The notes: generated by a model from the sequence alone, not told the origin. DNA of 59,287 nucleotides from Candidatus Fermentibacterota bacterium (GCA_012523605.1 JAAYTY010000101.1:1-59287), one strand, 5' to 3'; shown: positions 10,250 through 20,849, numbered from the stretch's first letter. Numbers and translations: made by a program.

Positions 10250-10278
10250 ATGTTATCCCTCCGAAGGCACTGTGTCAA
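10250..10278 (-). promoter_or_regulatory. Candidate sigma70-type promoter for the lipoprotein-LysM pair
   Basis: Minus strand reads TTGACA (10278-10273), a 17-nt spacer, then TAACAT (10255-10250). It lies in a visibly AT-richer intergenic region about 110 nt upstream of the ATG at 10140. Confidence 0.4.
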
Positions 10279-10293
10279 GAAGGTCCGCTTTCA

Positions 10294-10689
10294 TCAAGGA
10301 TTGTAATCATACTCCTTGTAAGGGGTGTCCGCCAGTACTCTGCGCTCGAACCGCCTGCGGGCCGCCAGAAGAACGAGACACAGCCCGAGGGCGTCCGCGG
10401 CGAAGTCCAGCGCCGAACAGTCCCGCCCAGGAACCCACGACTGGTGCGCCTCGTCCAGCCCCGCCCACGCCATCCCGGCCGCGGTCATGACGATCCAGCG
10501 ATGCCTCCCGCCGAAGAGGTCACGGTTCGTCGAGAGGGCCAGCCCCACCACCGCGAATTCGATGACGTGGAACACTTTGTCCTGGAAAGGGAAGAGGGGT
10601 TTACGGATGATGGACGGCCTGTCGCTCTGGATCCATACCGCGGCGGCCACCGCGGCCAGCAGGAGCCGCTTCCAGAAGCGTCTCCTCAC
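10294..10689 (-). CDS. VanZ-family membrane protein
   Basis: 131-aa ORF with four hydrophobic segments and motifs FHVIEFAVVGLAL and DEAHQSWVPGRDCSALDFAADALG. The GTG start overlaps the upstream stop (GTGA). Confidence 0.7.
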   Translation of the reverse strand: MRRRFWKRLLLAAVAAAVWIQSDRPSIIRKPLFPFQDKVFHVIEFAVVGLALSTNRDLFGGRHRWIVMTAAGMAWAGLDEAHQSWVPGRDCSALDFAADALGLCLVLLAARRRFERRVLADTPYKEYDYNP

Positions 10690-12245
10690 TTCTGCGCGCC
10701 GGCCTGAATGGGGGTCAATTCAACCACCCGGAAGGATCCGGGCCCGGCCGTTCGGGCGGCATCGAGCGCCCTGCCGGCCTCTGCCGGCAGGGACTTGAGC
10801 TTGCGATCGGTCCTTGTACAGGCTCCCCCGACGCTCACGGTGAAGGCGGTCTCCCTGTCTCCGATCCGGAAGGGCTGTCTGGAGAAGGTCCTGGTGATGC
10901 ATTCGGCCATGGCCTCCGCGGCGGCCCTGTCGGCTCCGGGAAGACAGGCGGCGAACCTGTTGCCTCCTATCCTGGCGAGCATCACGCCCTCCCCCAGAAC
11001 AGCCCTGAGACCGGAGGCGAATCGTTTCAGCGCCAAGTCTCCGCTGCGGAAGCCCAGATCCTCGTTGATCCTGTCCAGGCCGTCGATCGAGGCGACGAGC
11101 ACCGAGACGCTCTTCCCGAAGCGCTGGACCTCCCTCGCGGCATGCCTGAGATGCTCCATGAGGTCCGTCAGGGTGGGCAGTCCGGTGAGGCCGTCACGCC
11201 CCGTCTGGGAGCGCCTCCGTTCCTCCAGCAGCAGCTTCTCGAGAGTGAGGCCGAGTAGGGCCGCGGCGGAGAGGAGGGCGCTCTCGACACCCGGCTCCAC
11301 CCCGCCTTCATCCTGGCTCTCGACCAGGACAACGCCGACGGTCCGCCCGGACGTGACGACGGGAGCCGCGGCGCAGGAGGAGGCTCCGGGAGCGGTCGCA
11401 GGACCTATCGTCTGGACGGGCCTGTCTCCATCCTGGAGGCCGCTCCTCCTCGCCGCCCGCCCGCTGGACACCACCCATGCCGCCACGCTCTCTCCCATGG
11501 GGACGCTCCGCCCCGTCCTGCCCTCCGACAGGGGGCCCATGGACTCGTAGATCTCCAGGCAGTCACCCGTACTCCCCATGAGAGCCGTAGTGACCGTCAG
11601 CCCTTCGGAAAGTCCGTGAACCCAGGCCGTGATCGTGTGGATCGCCCCCGCGACGCCCGAGGAGGCGCTGCACTCCTCAACCAGCCTGCGGAATCCGTCC
11701 TGAGGCTCGCCGTGCGCCTCGCAGGATCTCTCACGGGGCTTCTCCCGGCTCTCGCGCAACGACTTCCCGAGCCTCTCCAGCATGGCTTCGCACACCAGGC
11801 CGAACACGGGGAAAGCGAGCATCGTCGCGAAGGCATCCAGGCCCCGGGACAGCATCTCGTCGACGCTCCAGCCGCCAACGGATGCCAGGGCCACGGCCTC
11901 GGCGACTCCCATCAGGAGACCGGCTTCCGAGGCGGGCCCGCCCGTCAGGGGATGAGCGAGCCATACGAGGTAGGCGAAATAGAGGGGGGAGAGAGGGCCT
12001 CCCATACCTCCGACGAGGCTCGCCGCCGCCGAGACCATTCCGGAGGTGAGAATCCAGAGCCCGGCGGCCGTGCGCCGCGGCGTCAGCACGACGATGGCCA
12101 GAACACCCGCCGTGAGCAGACCCGAACAAGCCCATGCAGCCCATACAGGAAGGCCTCCCGGGGCCGTCACCCGCAGAGACACCGCTGCGAGCAGGGCCAC
12201 GCCCAGCGCGGAGAGAACGAAGCGAAAAGCCTTCAAGAACGCCAC
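10686..12245 (-). CDS. Membrane-anchored GAF-GGDEF protein with a degenerate active site (GGNRF)
   Basis: 519-aa ORF with N-terminal TM helices and a central GAF-like region. The GGDEF fold is present (GRDGLTGLPT...ASIDGLDRINEDLGFRSGD...), but the signature reads RIGGNRFA and there is no RxxD I-site. Confidence 0.8.
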   Translation of the reverse strand: MAFLKAFRFVLSALGVALLAAVSLRVTAPGGLPVWAAWACSGLLTAGVLAIVVLTPRRTAAGLWILTSGMVSAAASLVGGMGGPLSPLYFAYLVWLAHPLTGGPASEAGLLMGVAEAVALASVGGWSVDEMLSRGLDAFATMLAFPVFGLVCEAMLERLGKSLRESREKPRERSCEAHGEPQDGFRRLVEECSASSGVAGAIHTITAWVHGLSEGLTVTTALMGSTGDCLEIYESMGPLSEGRTGRSVPMGESVAAWVVSSGRAARRSGLQDGDRPVQTIGPATAPGASSCAAAPVVTSGRTVGVVLVESQDEGGVEPGVESALLSAAALLGLTLEKLLLEERRRSQTGRDGLTGLPTLTDLMEHLRHAAREVQRFGKSVSVLVASIDGLDRINEDLGFRSGDLALKRFASGLRAVLGEGVMLARIGGNRFAACLPGADRAAAEAMAECITRTFSRQPFRIGDRETAFTVSVGGACTRTDRKLKSLPAEAGRALDAARTAGPGSFRVVELTPIQAGAQK

Positions 12246-12352
12246 TCCTCGGGGAACGGACGGGGGGAGTATGGCGAAAGCGACGGCCCTTGTCGCATCC
12301 CGGGGGGCGGCGCGAAGCGGTCATGAGGGGGAATGGAACAGCGCCCCGGGGG

Positions 12353-12380
12353 TTGACGCGGAGTACTGACGGCCTAATGT
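12353..12380 (+). promoter_or_regulatory. Candidate sigma70-type promoter for rho
   Basis: TTGACG (12353-12358), a 16-nt spacer, then TAATGT (12375-12380). It lies about 155 nt upstream of the proposed rho start. Confidence 0.35.
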
Positions 12381-12536
12381 ATTCCACGCATTCCGGAGAA
12401 ATCGAAGTCCCTGGGAACAGTGCTGGGCCATCGAACCACGATGCGACGCCTATCATCCCGAACAGATGACCGAGGGCAGGCGGGCCGGACGCCACCGCCG
12501 ACCTCTTTCGCAACCCGAACAGGACAAGGAGCCGAA

Positions 12537-13991
12537 GTGGAAAAGTCGCTCGACGGACTACCCTCGATCGATACCGATGACGAGAGCAGCTCGACCGAGC
12601 TGGAGAACGGTGCTTCGAAGGAGATGGAGGAGACCCCGCCCGATCAGCCGGAGGTCCCGCCTGAAGAGCCCGCCGGGCAGGAGCGGGAGGAGAGGCCTCG
12701 CAGCCAGCACAGGTCGGAGCGGCCGCACGACGGGCTCTCCCTGTCCGACCTCGAGGAAAAGACCCTCGTGGAGCTGCAGGCGCTGGCCAAGACCATGAAT
12801 GTCAAGGGCACGTCGGGAACCAGGAAGAGGGAACTCATCCAGAAGCTCCTCGAGAGCCAGACGGAACGCAACGGTCTGGCCTTCGCCACGGGAGTCCTGG
12901 AGATACTGCCCGAGGGCTACGGATTCCTCAGGGCAACCGAGTCCAACTACCTTCCCGGCGCCAACGACATCTACGTATCTCCCTCTCAGATCAAGAGGTT
13001 CGGTCTCCGCACAGGCGACACGATAGCCGGACAGGTGCGCGAGCCCAAGGAGGGGGAGAAGTACCTGGCCCTCCTCCGGGTGGAGACCGTCAATCACAAG
13101 AGCCCCGAGGCGGCGAGGAGCCGGAGGAGCTTCGACGACCTGACGCCCTACTATCCCGACAGGAGGTTCTTCCTGGAGACGGACCCCGAGGAGATGTCGG
13201 GCAGGATAATGGACCTGCTGACGCCTCTCGGCATGGGACAGCGCGCCCTCATAGTATCGCCCCCGCGCGCAGGCAAGACCATGCTCCTCCAGCATATAGC
13301 AAACGCGATTGCCCGCAACCACCCCGAGGTCGTCCTCATCGTCCTCCTGATAGACGAACGGCCCGAGGAGGTCACGGACATGAGGCGCAACGTCCATGGC
13401 GAGGTGATAGCTTCGACATTCGACGAAGCGTCGAAGCGCCATGTCCAGGTGGCCGACATAGTCCTGGAAAAGGCCAAGCGGATGGTGGAGAGCGGCCACG
13501 ACGTGGTCATCCTTCTGGATTCGATCACCAGGCTCGCGAGGGCGAACAACACCGTGATCCCGCACTCGGGCAAGATCCTCAGCGGCGGAGTTGACTCGAA
13601 CGCGCTCCAGCGGCCCAAGCGGTTCTTCGGGGCCGCGAGGAACATCGAGGAGGGCGGCAGTCTGACCATCATTGGAACCGCCCTCGTGGATACAGGCAGC
13701 AGGATGGACGAGGTCATCTTCGAGGAGTTCAAGGGCACCGGCAACTCCGAGATCGTCCTCGACCGCAGGCTGGCCGACAGGAGGGTGTTCCCGGCGATAG
13801 ACATCACCAAGTCCGGCACCCGGAAGGAGGAACTCCTGCTCGACGACGACACCCTCAGCAAGGTCTGGATCATGAGGAAGATCCTGGTGGATCTGAACCC
13901 GGTCGACGCGATGGAGCTCCTGAAGAAGCAGATGTCCCAGCACAAGTCCAACAAGAGATTCCTTGACGCGATGGCGAGCATGTCTGAATGA
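12537..13991 (+). CDS. rho: Transcription termination factor Rho with an acidic, Pro-rich N-terminal extension
   Basis: ORF 12420..13991. A GTG at 12537 is preceded by AAGGAG 7 nt upstream; the ATG at 12420 is the alternative start. Contains the Rho_N region ([21 protein letters not shown]), the CSD-like RNA-binding domain ([14 protein letters not shown]), Walker A PPRAGKT, and DSITRLARA. Confidence 0.93.
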   Translation: MEKSLDGLPSIDTDDESSSTELENGASKEMEETPPDQPEVPPEEPAGQEREERPRSQHRSERPHDGLSLSDLEEKTLVELQALAKTMNVKGTSGTRKRELIQKLLESQTERNGLAFATGVLEILPEGYGFLRATESNYLPGANDIYVSPSQIKRFGLRTGDTIAGQVREPKEGEKYLALLRVETVNHKSPEAARSRRSFDDLTPYYPDRRFFLETDPEEMSGRIMDLLTPLGMGQRALIVSPPRAGKTMLLQHIANAIARNHPEVVLIVLLIDERPEEVTDMRRNVHGEVIASTFDEASKRHVQVADIVLEKAKRMVESGHDVVILLDSITRLARANNTVIPHSGKILSGGVDSNALQRPKRFFGAARNIEEGGSLTIIGTALVDTGSRMDEVIFEEFKGTGNSEIVLDRRLADRRVFPAIDITKSGTRKEELLLDDDTLSKVWIMRKILVDLNPVDAMELLKKQMSQHKSNKRFLDAMASMSE

Positions 13992-14031
13992 TACCGCCCG
14001 CAACGTGGAACTTAGAACGGGGAGCTCGGAA

Positions 14032-14259
14032 GTGAAGAAGGACATCCATCCGAAGTACGAAGCCGCCGTCTTCTCGTGCGCCTGCGGCAACGTGGTTAAG
14101 ACGAGATCTACGGCCGGCGACATCAAGTTCGACATCTGCGCGAAGTGTCATCCCTTCTACACCGGCAGGCAGAAGCTGGTGGACTCCGCAGGAATGGTTG
14201 ACAGATACGTTAAGAAGTACGGTGATGCCGACTCCAGGAAGGGCGGAAAGAACTCCTAG
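14032..14259 (+). CDS. rpmE: 50S ribosomal protein L31
   Basis: VKKDIHPKYEAAVFSCACGN...DICAKCHPFYTGRQK. GTG at 14032 follows GGAG. TAG stop at 14257-14259. Confidence 0.93.
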   Translation: MKKDIHPKYEAAVFSCACGNVVKTRSTAGDIKFDICAKCHPFYTGRQKLVDSAGMVDRYVKKYGDADSRKGGKNS

Positions 14260-14277
14260 AGGGGCGTCCGGATGTGT

Positions 14278-14305
14278 GCGGGGGAGCTCTGCTCCCCCGC
14301 TTTTT
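14278..14305 (+). terminator. Intrinsic terminator after rpmE
   Basis: gcgggggagc (14278-14287), loop tct, gcuccccCgc-type arm gctcccccgc (14291-14300), then ttttt (14301-14305). The 10-bp stem is perfect. Confidence 0.8.
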
Positions 14306-14323
14306 CACACGGGGGGTCGAAGG

Positions 14324-15304
14324 GTGCCCGGTGATGGCCGCGGAGACGGGAAGCCCCGCACCGGCGGGCAGGCCGTCATAGAGGGCGTGATGATGCGCGC
14401 CGTCCCGGGAGGAGCGGCGGTGGCCGTGCGCGCTCCCGACGGGACGATAAGGGCCCGCATGATCCGGAAGAGCCTGCTGGGACCGCGGGGCGGGCTCTGG
14501 CGAAAGCCCGTTCTGAGGGGGGCGGCGAACCTGCTGGACACCCTGCGCCTGGGCCTCGAGGCCCTCTCCTGGTCGGCCGACGTGGCCGAAAGCGGGAACG
14601 GGGACGGCAAGCGGCAGGGGGGGAGCTTCCTCACGACGGCTCTCGGGATCCTCCTCGCTGTGGTCCTGTTCGCCTGGCTGCCCCTCCGGCTGGCCATGCT
14701 GGCCGCCGGAGGGGAGCACAACCTCTGGATCAACCTGTTCGCGGGGCTGATCAGGGTGGCCGCCTTCTTCGGCTACGTTGCTGCCATATCCCTCGTACCG
14801 GCCATCAGGAGGGTCTTCACCTTCCACGGAGCCGAGCACCAGACCATCCACGCATGGGAGCGGGGTTCCGCCGAGGAGTCCCTGGAGACGGCGGCCCTCG
14901 CCGAGGCGCCCCTGCATCCCCGCTGCGGGACGAGCTTCCTCCTGCTCGTGCTCCTCGTGAGCATCCTGTTCTACGCCCTGGTGGACACCGCGGCGGCCGC
15001 CATGGCCGGCGGCACGGTGGAGGCCCACTGGAGAGTGCTCTATCACCTTCCTCTGCTCCCCCTCGTGATGGGCGCAGGATACGAGATCCTCAAGCTGGTC
15101 GACCGGAACCTCGACAGGTCGCCTGTCGCGAGGGCGGCTGCGGCGCCGGGCATGCTCCTCCAGCGGATGACCACAAGAAAGGCCGGCCCGGACGAGATAG
15201 CGGTGGCTGCGGCAGCTCTGAGACTCGCCGTGGGCCTGGACCCGGGAGCCGGGGTCTCCCTCTCGGCGGAGGACGGTGATGATAGACCGGCCTGCGATAG
15301 ATGA
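14324..15304 (+). CDS. DUF1385-family membrane protein (commonly encoded between rpmE and prfA)
   Basis: In-frame GTG at 14324 just after the terminator. Contains [25 protein letters not shown] and [10 protein letters not shown] plus TM helices. TGA stop at 15302-15304. Confidence 0.85.
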   Translation: MPGDGRGDGKPRTGGQAVIEGVMMRAVPGGAAVAVRAPDGTIRARMIRKSLLGPRGGLWRKPVLRGAANLLDTLRLGLEALSWSADVAESGNGDGKRQGGSFLTTALGILLAVVLFAWLPLRLAMLAAGGEHNLWINLFAGLIRVAAFFGYVAAISLVPAIRRVFTFHGAEHQTIHAWERGSAEESLETAALAEAPLHPRCGTSFLLLVLLVSILFYALVDTAAAAMAGGTVEAHWRVLYHLPLLPLVMGAGYEILKLVDRNLDRSPVARAAAAPGMLLQRMTTRKAGPDEIAVAAAALRLAVGLDPGAGVSLSAEDGDDRPACDR

Positions 15305-16364
15305 ACGAATCGCGGCGATAGACAGCGAGCTCTGCAGCCCCGCGGTGCAGAAGAACCCCGTTCTCATGAGATCGCTCACCTCCGAGAGGGCGCATCTGGC
15401 CAGGATAGCGCAGACGATGGACGCGATCGAGAGGACGCAGGCATCGCTCGAGGAGATGCGGGAAGCCCTGGAGAGCGGTGATCCCGAACTCGCGCTGATC
15501 GCCCGCGAGGAGACTCCGGCTCTGGAGGAGAGCCTGGCCGGGCTGGAGGACGGGCTGAAGCGGCTGCTCCTCCCCCGCGACCAGAACGAGGACCGCAATG
15601 TGATAGTCGAGATACGGTCTGGCACGGGGGGCGAGGAGGCCGCTCTCTTCGCCGCCGACGTCTTCCGGATGTATTCGGCCTATGCCGCCAGGAAGGGCTG
15701 GAAGGCCGAAGTGCTGGCCAGCAGGCCCTCGGAGCGGGGAGGCTTCAAGGAGATCATCTTCTCCCTTGCCGGCAGGGACGTTTACGGACGGATGAAGTAC
15801 GAGGCCGGAGTCCACAGGGTCCAGCGCGTGCCCGAGACCGAAGCCTCGGGGCGCATACATACGTCGGCCTGCACGGTCGCCGTCCTGCCCGAGGCCGAGG
15901 AGGTCGAGCTGGACATCCGGCCCGAGGATCTGAAGATAGACGTTTACAGGTCCACGGGGCCCGGGGGGCAGAGCGTCAATACGACCGATTCCGCCGTGAG
16001 GATAACCCACCTGCCCTCCGGCCTGGTGGTGACCTGCCAGGACGAGAAGAGCCAGCACAAGAACAAGGCGAAGGCCATGAAAGTGCTCGTCTCGCGCCTT
16101 CTTGCGCTCGAGCAGGAGCAGAAGGAGTCGGAAAGGGCCGAGATCCGCAGGAGCATGGTGGGCAGCGGCGACCGCAGCGCGAAGATCAGAACCTACAACT
16201 TCCCGCAGTCCCGGGTGACGGACCACAGGATACACCTCACGCTCCACAGCCTCGACCAGATCATGGCGGGGGATCTCGACCCGGTGATAGACGCCCTCGT
16301 GAAGGCCGATCAGGAGCGCATGCTCTCGGAGCTCTCGTCAGGCAGGCCCGGGCAGGGAAGGTGA
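15279..16364 (+). CDS. prfA: Peptide chain release factor 1
   Basis: GGQ motif in [39 protein letters not shown], and an RF1-type tripeptide region [26 protein letters not shown] at 15279 lies 6 nt after GGAGGA; GTG at 15276 is the alternative start. Confidence 0.95.
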   Translation: MIDRPAIDERIAAIDSELCSPAVQKNPVLMRSLTSERAHLARIAQTMDAIERTQASLEEMREALESGDPELALIAREETPALEESLAGLEDGLKRLLLPRDQNEDRNVIVEIRSGTGGEEAALFAADVFRMYSAYAARKGWKAEVLASRPSERGGFKEIIFSLAGRDVYGRMKYEAGVHRVQRVPETEASGRIHTSACTVAVLPEAEEVELDIRPEDLKIDVYRSTGPGGQSVNTTDSAVRITHLPSGLVVTCQDEKSQHKNKAKAMKVLVSRLLALEQEQKESERAEIRRSMVGSGDRSAKIRTYNFPQSRVTDHRIHLTLHSLDQIMAGDLDPVIDALVKADQERMLSELSSGRPGQGR

Positions 16365-17203
16365 CCCATTCGGAGGCCGTCAGGGAGGCCGCCCGTCTTC
16401 TGAGGGCCGCAGGCATCCAGAGCCCGATCCGGGACTCCGAGGACATGCTGAGACACCTCACGGGAATGGCCAGACACGAGCTTGTCCTCGCGGCGAACAT
16501 GCCCGTGCCAGGGGAGACGCTGGAGAGATTCCGGGCGCTGGCGGCGAGGAGAGCCTCCAGGGAGCCACTCCAGCACGTCACCGGCGAGGCCTGGTTCATG
16601 GGGCGAAGGTTTCTGTGCAGTCCAGCGGCGCTCGTCCCCCGGCCCGAGACCGAGCTGGTCTTCGAGAGGTTCCTGGGCGCCCTTCCCCGTGCCCCGGATC
16701 TGCTGCTCGACCTCGGGACCGGCTCAGGGGTCATGGGAGTGTGCCTGGCGCTGCAGTTTCCGCAGGCGACGATCGTCGGATCGGACGTGTCGAAGGAAGC
16801 CCTGCACCTGGCCGCCTCGAACTCGGCCCTGCACGGAACGGGCAACCTGTTCCTCGTCCGGTGCGATCTGATGTCGGCCTTCTCCTGCCTGTTTGACGGT
16901 ATAGTGGCGAATCTCCCATACATACCGGGAGTCGCGATGGACGACCTCCAGCCCGAGGTGCGCTTCGATCCTGCCGTTGCGCTGGATGGAGGCGCAGGAG
17001 GCATGGAGGTGATCGAGCGGTTCGTTTCATCAGCGCACGAACGGGTGAGGCCGGGGGGAGTGCTTGCCCTGGAGGCCTCCGGGAGGCAGATCTGTCGAAT
17101 CGTGAGGCTCCTCGAGGGAAGTAACGAGTGGGATCGCATCGCGCACGGACGGGACCTGGCCGGAAGGGCCAGATGGGTGACGGCGGTGAGGAAGCCGGCA
17201 TGA
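16361..17203 (+). CDS. prmC: Release-factor glutamine N5-methyltransferase PrmC/HemK
   Basis: SAM-binding motif [12 protein letters not shown] and catalytic IVANLPYIP (NPPY-type). GTGA overlap with the prfA stop. Confidence 0.9.
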   Translation: MTHSEAVREAARLLRAAGIQSPIRDSEDMLRHLTGMARHELVLAANMPVPGETLERFRALAARRASREPLQHVTGEAWFMGRRFLCSPAALVPRPETELVFERFLGALPRAPDLLLDLGTGSGVMGVCLALQFPQATIVGSDVSKEALHLAASNSALHGTGNLFLVRCDLMSAFSCLFDGIVANLPYIPGVAMDDLQPEVRFDPAVALDGGAGGMEVIERFVSSAHERVRPGGVLALEASGRQICRIVRLLEGSNEWDRIAHGRDLAGRARWVTAVRKPA

Positions 17204-18273
17204 GGAGGATTTCGCGCCTGGTCATGGTCGGCGGCGTCCCTGTCGGAGGAGGCGCCCCCGTAACCGTGCAGAGCATGACCAATACACCCACGCGGGACGT
17301 CCGCGCCACTACGCGCCAGATAAACCGGCTCGCCGCCGGGGGGGCCGACCTGGTGCGAGTGTCCGTTCCCGACGATGAATCCGCCGCCGCTCTGGGGGCG
17401 CTGGTCGCCTCCTCTCCGGTTCCGCTCGTCGCCGACATACACTTCAGGGCCGACCTCGCCCTGCGGGCCGTCGAAGCCGGAGTGGCGAAGCTGCGCCTCA
17501 ACCCGGGAAACATCCGGCGCAGGCGCGACATCCTGGAAGTGGCCGGGAGGGCGTTTGAGGCGGGAATCCCGATACGGATCGGCATCAACTCGGGCAGTCT
17601 TCCGGGGGATCTCCGGGAACGCTACGGGGGCGTCAATCCCGATTCGATGTGGGCCGCGGCGGAAAGACATCTCTCCATCCTCCGCGAGGCGGAATTCGAG
17701 AACGTGGTCCTGTCCTTCAAGGCCAGCAGCGCCCTCCTCACCGTGGCGGCGAACGAGAAGGCGGCGGCGGAGTGCGACCTTCCTCTACATATCGGGGTGA
17801 CGGAGGCCGGCCCCTCGGTCATCGGCGCCGCACGCAACGCCGTGGCGGCATCCATACTCCTGTCGAAGGGGATCGGTGACACTCTGCGGGTCTCGCTTTC
17901 GGGCCCGCCGGAGGACGAGGTGCCCGTCGCACTCGAGATCCTCTCCTCGCTCGGACTCCGCGGGGGTGTCCCGAGGCTGGTGAGCTGTCCCACCTGCGCG
18001 AGGTGCAGGATAGACGTCGGCAGACTTTCGGAGATGGTCATGAAGAAGCTCCGCGGCGTGCAGGGCGACTTCACGGTGGCGGTGATGGGCTGCGAGGTGA
18101 ACGGCCCGGGAGAGGCCCGCGAGGCCGACCTCGCGGTCACGGGATCACCTTCGGGGATTATCTTCTTCAGGAGGGGGAGGAGGCTGCCCGGGCGGGTGGC
18201 CGCCTCCGATCTCGCCCAGCGGCTTGAGCGGGAGCTGGCCGCCCTCGCCGCAAACAGTGGAGGTAGGAGTTGA
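17200..18273 (+). CDS. ispG: 4-hydroxy-3-methylbut-2-en-1-yl diphosphate synthase (flavodoxin)
   Basis: [29 protein letters not shown]..., RINPGN-type motif (LRLNPGNI), and C-terminal CPTCARC...GCEVNGPGEA cluster ligands. ATGA overlap with the prmC stop. Confidence 0.95.
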   Translation: MRRISRLVMVGGVPVGGGAPVTVQSMTNTPTRDVRATTRQINRLAAGGADLVRVSVPDDESAAALGALVASSPVPLVADIHFRADLALRAVEAGVAKLRLNPGNIRRRRDILEVAGRAFEAGIPIRIGINSGSLPGDLRERYGGVNPDSMWAAAERHLSILREAEFENVVLSFKASSALLTVAANEKAAAECDLPLHIGVTEAGPSVIGAARNAVAASILLSKGIGDTLRVSLSGPPEDEVPVALEILSSLGLRGGVPRLVSCPTCARCRIDVGRLSEMVMKKLRGVQGDFTVAVMGCEVNGPGEAREADLAVTGSPSGIIFFRRGRRLPGRVAASDLAQRLERELAALAANSGGRS

Positions 18274-19700
18274 CGGGCTCTAGCAGCATGATCCAGATCC
18301 TGCTCCGAAAGCTCGCGGAAGGAGCTTACGAAGAGCTGGACATCCGCTTCACCGACGTTCAGGGCATATGGCGGCATGTCACAATCCCCGCACGGAATGC
18401 GACGAAGGACCTGTTCGCCAAAGGAGTGGGCTTCGACGGCTCCACGCTCGGAGCGATGACGCCCACCGAGGCGGGCGACCTCGCCCTCGTGCCCGATCCC
18501 AGACGAGTCTTCGAGGACAGGTTCGCCACGAAGCCCACTCTCGCGGTAATCGCCGACATAGTCCATCCGGACACAGGCGAACCCTTCTCCAGGGATCCCA
18601 GGGGCGTGGCCCGCAAGGCGCAGGACTACCTGCGGGGCACGGGGCTGGCGACCGAGAGCTTCTGGGCTCCGGAGTTCGAGTTCTACCTGTTCGACAGAGC
18701 CTCCATCTGGAACGAACCCTGCCGGAGCGGATTCGAATTCGCTAGCCTGGAGGCTCCCTCGAATTCCGGCAGCCCCGACTCCCTCGGTCTCTTCCATCAG
18801 ACCCACAGCGCCTACCACAGGATGTTCCCCGTGGACAGCCTTCACGACGTCCGTGCCGAGATCGCCTCGGCCATGCACGACAATGGAATCCAGGTGAAGT
18901 ACCACCACCACGAGGTCGGCCGTATGGGGCAGGTGGAGGTCGAGGTCACTTTTTCCCCGTTCATGAGCGCCGCCGACAACATCATGATAACCAAGCACAT
19001 CGTCCGCAATGTCGCTCTTCGTCACAAGCTGGCGGCCACTTTCATGCCCAAGCCGATGCGCGGCGAGCCGGGGAGCGGCATGCACTTCCACATCTTCCTT
19101 CTGCAGGGCGAGGAGCGGCTCTTCTTCTGCGCCGACGGCTACTGCAGTCTGAGCGACGCGGCGCGCGGGGCCATCGCTGGCATCCTGCACCATGCACCTG
19201 CGCTGTGCGCCTTCACCAACCCCTCCGTGAACAGCTACCACCGGCTTGTACCCCGCCAGGAGGCCCCCGTCTACCGGTTCTTCTCGGGACCGAACAGGAG
19301 CGCGGCGATAAGGGTGCCCTCCTATGCCAGGACGCCCGAAGCCATGCGTTTCGAGTACAGGGTGCCGGATGGGTCGAGCAATCCATATCTGTGCATGTCG
19401 TCATTGCTCATGGCATGCCTCGACGGGATGAGGAAGGGGATGAAGCCGGAGGAGATGGGCTTCGGCCCGATAGAGGACAACGTCTTCGAGGACGGCTATG
19501 ACACGTCCGGCCTCCAGAGGCTTCCCGAGAGTCTGGACGAGGCTCTCGAAGCGCTCGAGGCGGACAGGGCGTTCCTCGAGGAGGGAGGGGTCTTCACCCC
19601 GGATTTCCTGGATGCTTACATCGAGCTGAAGCGCGAGGAGACGGCGTGTTTCAGGGGCGATCCTCATCCGCTGGAGCACTACCTCTACTTCAACATCTGA
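18270..19700 (+). CDS. glnA: Glutamine synthetase, type I
   Basis: 476-aa ORF containing FDGST, EFEFYLF, HHHEVG, MPKPM...GSGMHFH and NSYHRLVP. TTG at 18270 lies 6 nt after GGAGG and overlaps the ispG stop (TTGA). ATG at 18288 is the alternative start. Confidence 0.93.
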   Translation: MTGSSSMIQILLRKLAEGAYEELDIRFTDVQGIWRHVTIPARNATKDLFAKGVGFDGSTLGAMTPTEAGDLALVPDPRRVFEDRFATKPTLAVIADIVHPDTGEPFSRDPRGVARKAQDYLRGTGLATESFWAPEFEFYLFDRASIWNEPCRSGFEFASLEAPSNSGSPDSLGLFHQTHSAYHRMFPVDSLHDVRAEIASAMHDNGIQVKYHHHEVGRMGQVEVEVTFSPFMSAADNIMITKHIVRNVALRHKLAATFMPKPMRGEPGSGMHFHIFLLQGEERLFFCADGYCSLSDAARGAIAGILHHAPALCAFTNPSVNSYHRLVPRQEAPVYRFFSGPNRSAAIRVPSYARTPEAMRFEYRVPDGSSNPYLCMSSLLMACLDGMRKGMKPEEMGFGPIEDNVFEDGYDTSGLQRLPESLDEALEALEADRAFLEEGGVFTPDFLDAYIELKREETACFRGDPHPLEHYLYFNI

Positions 19701-19711
19701 AGGGAAGCGAT

Positions 19712-20830
19712 ATGAAAAAGCCGGTGGTGCTGGCGGCCCTGGCCCTCCTGTCGGCGGCCTGTGGATCTTCCCCCGCAGAGAAGCCCGGCTTCGACCCGGA
19801 GTGGGCGCAGGGCGTGCCTGTCAGGACACTGACCGTGACGGACAGCATCGGAGTGGAGCTGGGCGACTCGGACTATGTCTTCGGGCAGGTCGCCGGAGCG
19901 ATGTGGACCCCCGACGGAAACATAGCGGTCATCGACATGAAGAGATGCGCGATCCTCTTCTACACCCCCGACGGCGAGCACATCTCCACGCTGGGCAGGC
20001 GGGGAAGCGGCCCGGGCGAGTTCCAGATACCCACGTCCATGGCCTGGCTGGGGGACGGACGCCTTCTGGTGACCGACGCGATGTCGCGGACGATAAGCAT
20101 CTTCGACGACTCGCTGCGTTTCGCCGGATCGCTCGAGGGTTTCTTCCCCACTCCGCCCGTGGCGATAACGTCGGTGGACAGCGCCTCGTTCGTCGGGCTC
20201 AAGCCCGAGTTCGAGCAGAACGAGCAGGGCATGTTCACGGGGTTCACCCTCGCGCGATGGAGCATGGATTCCATACCCGCGACGGTGACCTACTTCGCCG
20301 ACCTGGTGCCGTTCGATCCGGGCAACCTTGCCGCGAGCTTCGCCGGGAACATCTTCTCTTTCGCAGCCGCCCCCGACGGGACTGTGTACAGGGCGCCGAT
20401 GACGTCCGAGGGCTACACGATCGAGTGCTACCAGCCCGACGGCACCCTGCGCATGACGATCGAGCGCGATTACCAGCCCGTTCCCAAGACCCCCGAGGAG
20501 ATCGAGGAGGAGAGGGCCTTCGTGCAGGAGCGCATGGAGGCCTCGGGCGCGCCCGCCGGGATGTTCACCTGGGAGCCTGAGCCCATGAAGTCCTCGATCG
20601 GCGGCCTCATGGTGGATCCGGAGGGCGACCTATGGGTCAGGAGGGGCTGGACGGACGAGGTGGTCTTCGACGTGTTCGACTCCACCGGGACTCTGCTCTA
20701 CACAGCCCGGCTGGACCGGACCGGAGATGCCGAGATGTGGCAGGTCTCTTGCGGAACCGGCGGCTTCCTGGCCTTCGACGCCAACCCGGAGTCCTGGTCG
20801 AGGGTGTTCATCCTCTCGCTCTCCGATTAG
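19712..20830 (+). CDS. Lipoprotein, 6-bladed beta-propeller (NHL-like) family
   Basis: MKKPVVLAALALLSAACGSS lipobox. Repeated blade-like units, for example GRRGSGPGEFQIPTSMAWLGDGRLLVTD. Confidence 0.7.
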   Translation: MKKPVVLAALALLSAACGSSPAEKPGFDPEWAQGVPVRTLTVTDSIGVELGDSDYVFGQVAGAMWTPDGNIAVIDMKRCAILFYTPDGEHISTLGRRGSGPGEFQIPTSMAWLGDGRLLVTDAMSRTISIFDDSLRFAGSLEGFFPTPPVAITSVDSASFVGLKPEFEQNEQGMFTGFTLARWSMDSIPATVTYFADLVPFDPGNLAASFAGNIFSFAAAPDGTVYRAPMTSEGYTIECYQPDGTLRMTIERDYQPVPKTPEEIEEERAFVQERMEASGAPAGMFTWEPEPMKSSIGGLMVDPEGDLWVRRGWTDEVVFDVFDSTGTLLYTARLDRTGDAEMWQVSCGTGGFLAFDANPESWSRVFILSLSD

Positions 20831-20849
20831 CGCTCTTCACGAACGGAGA

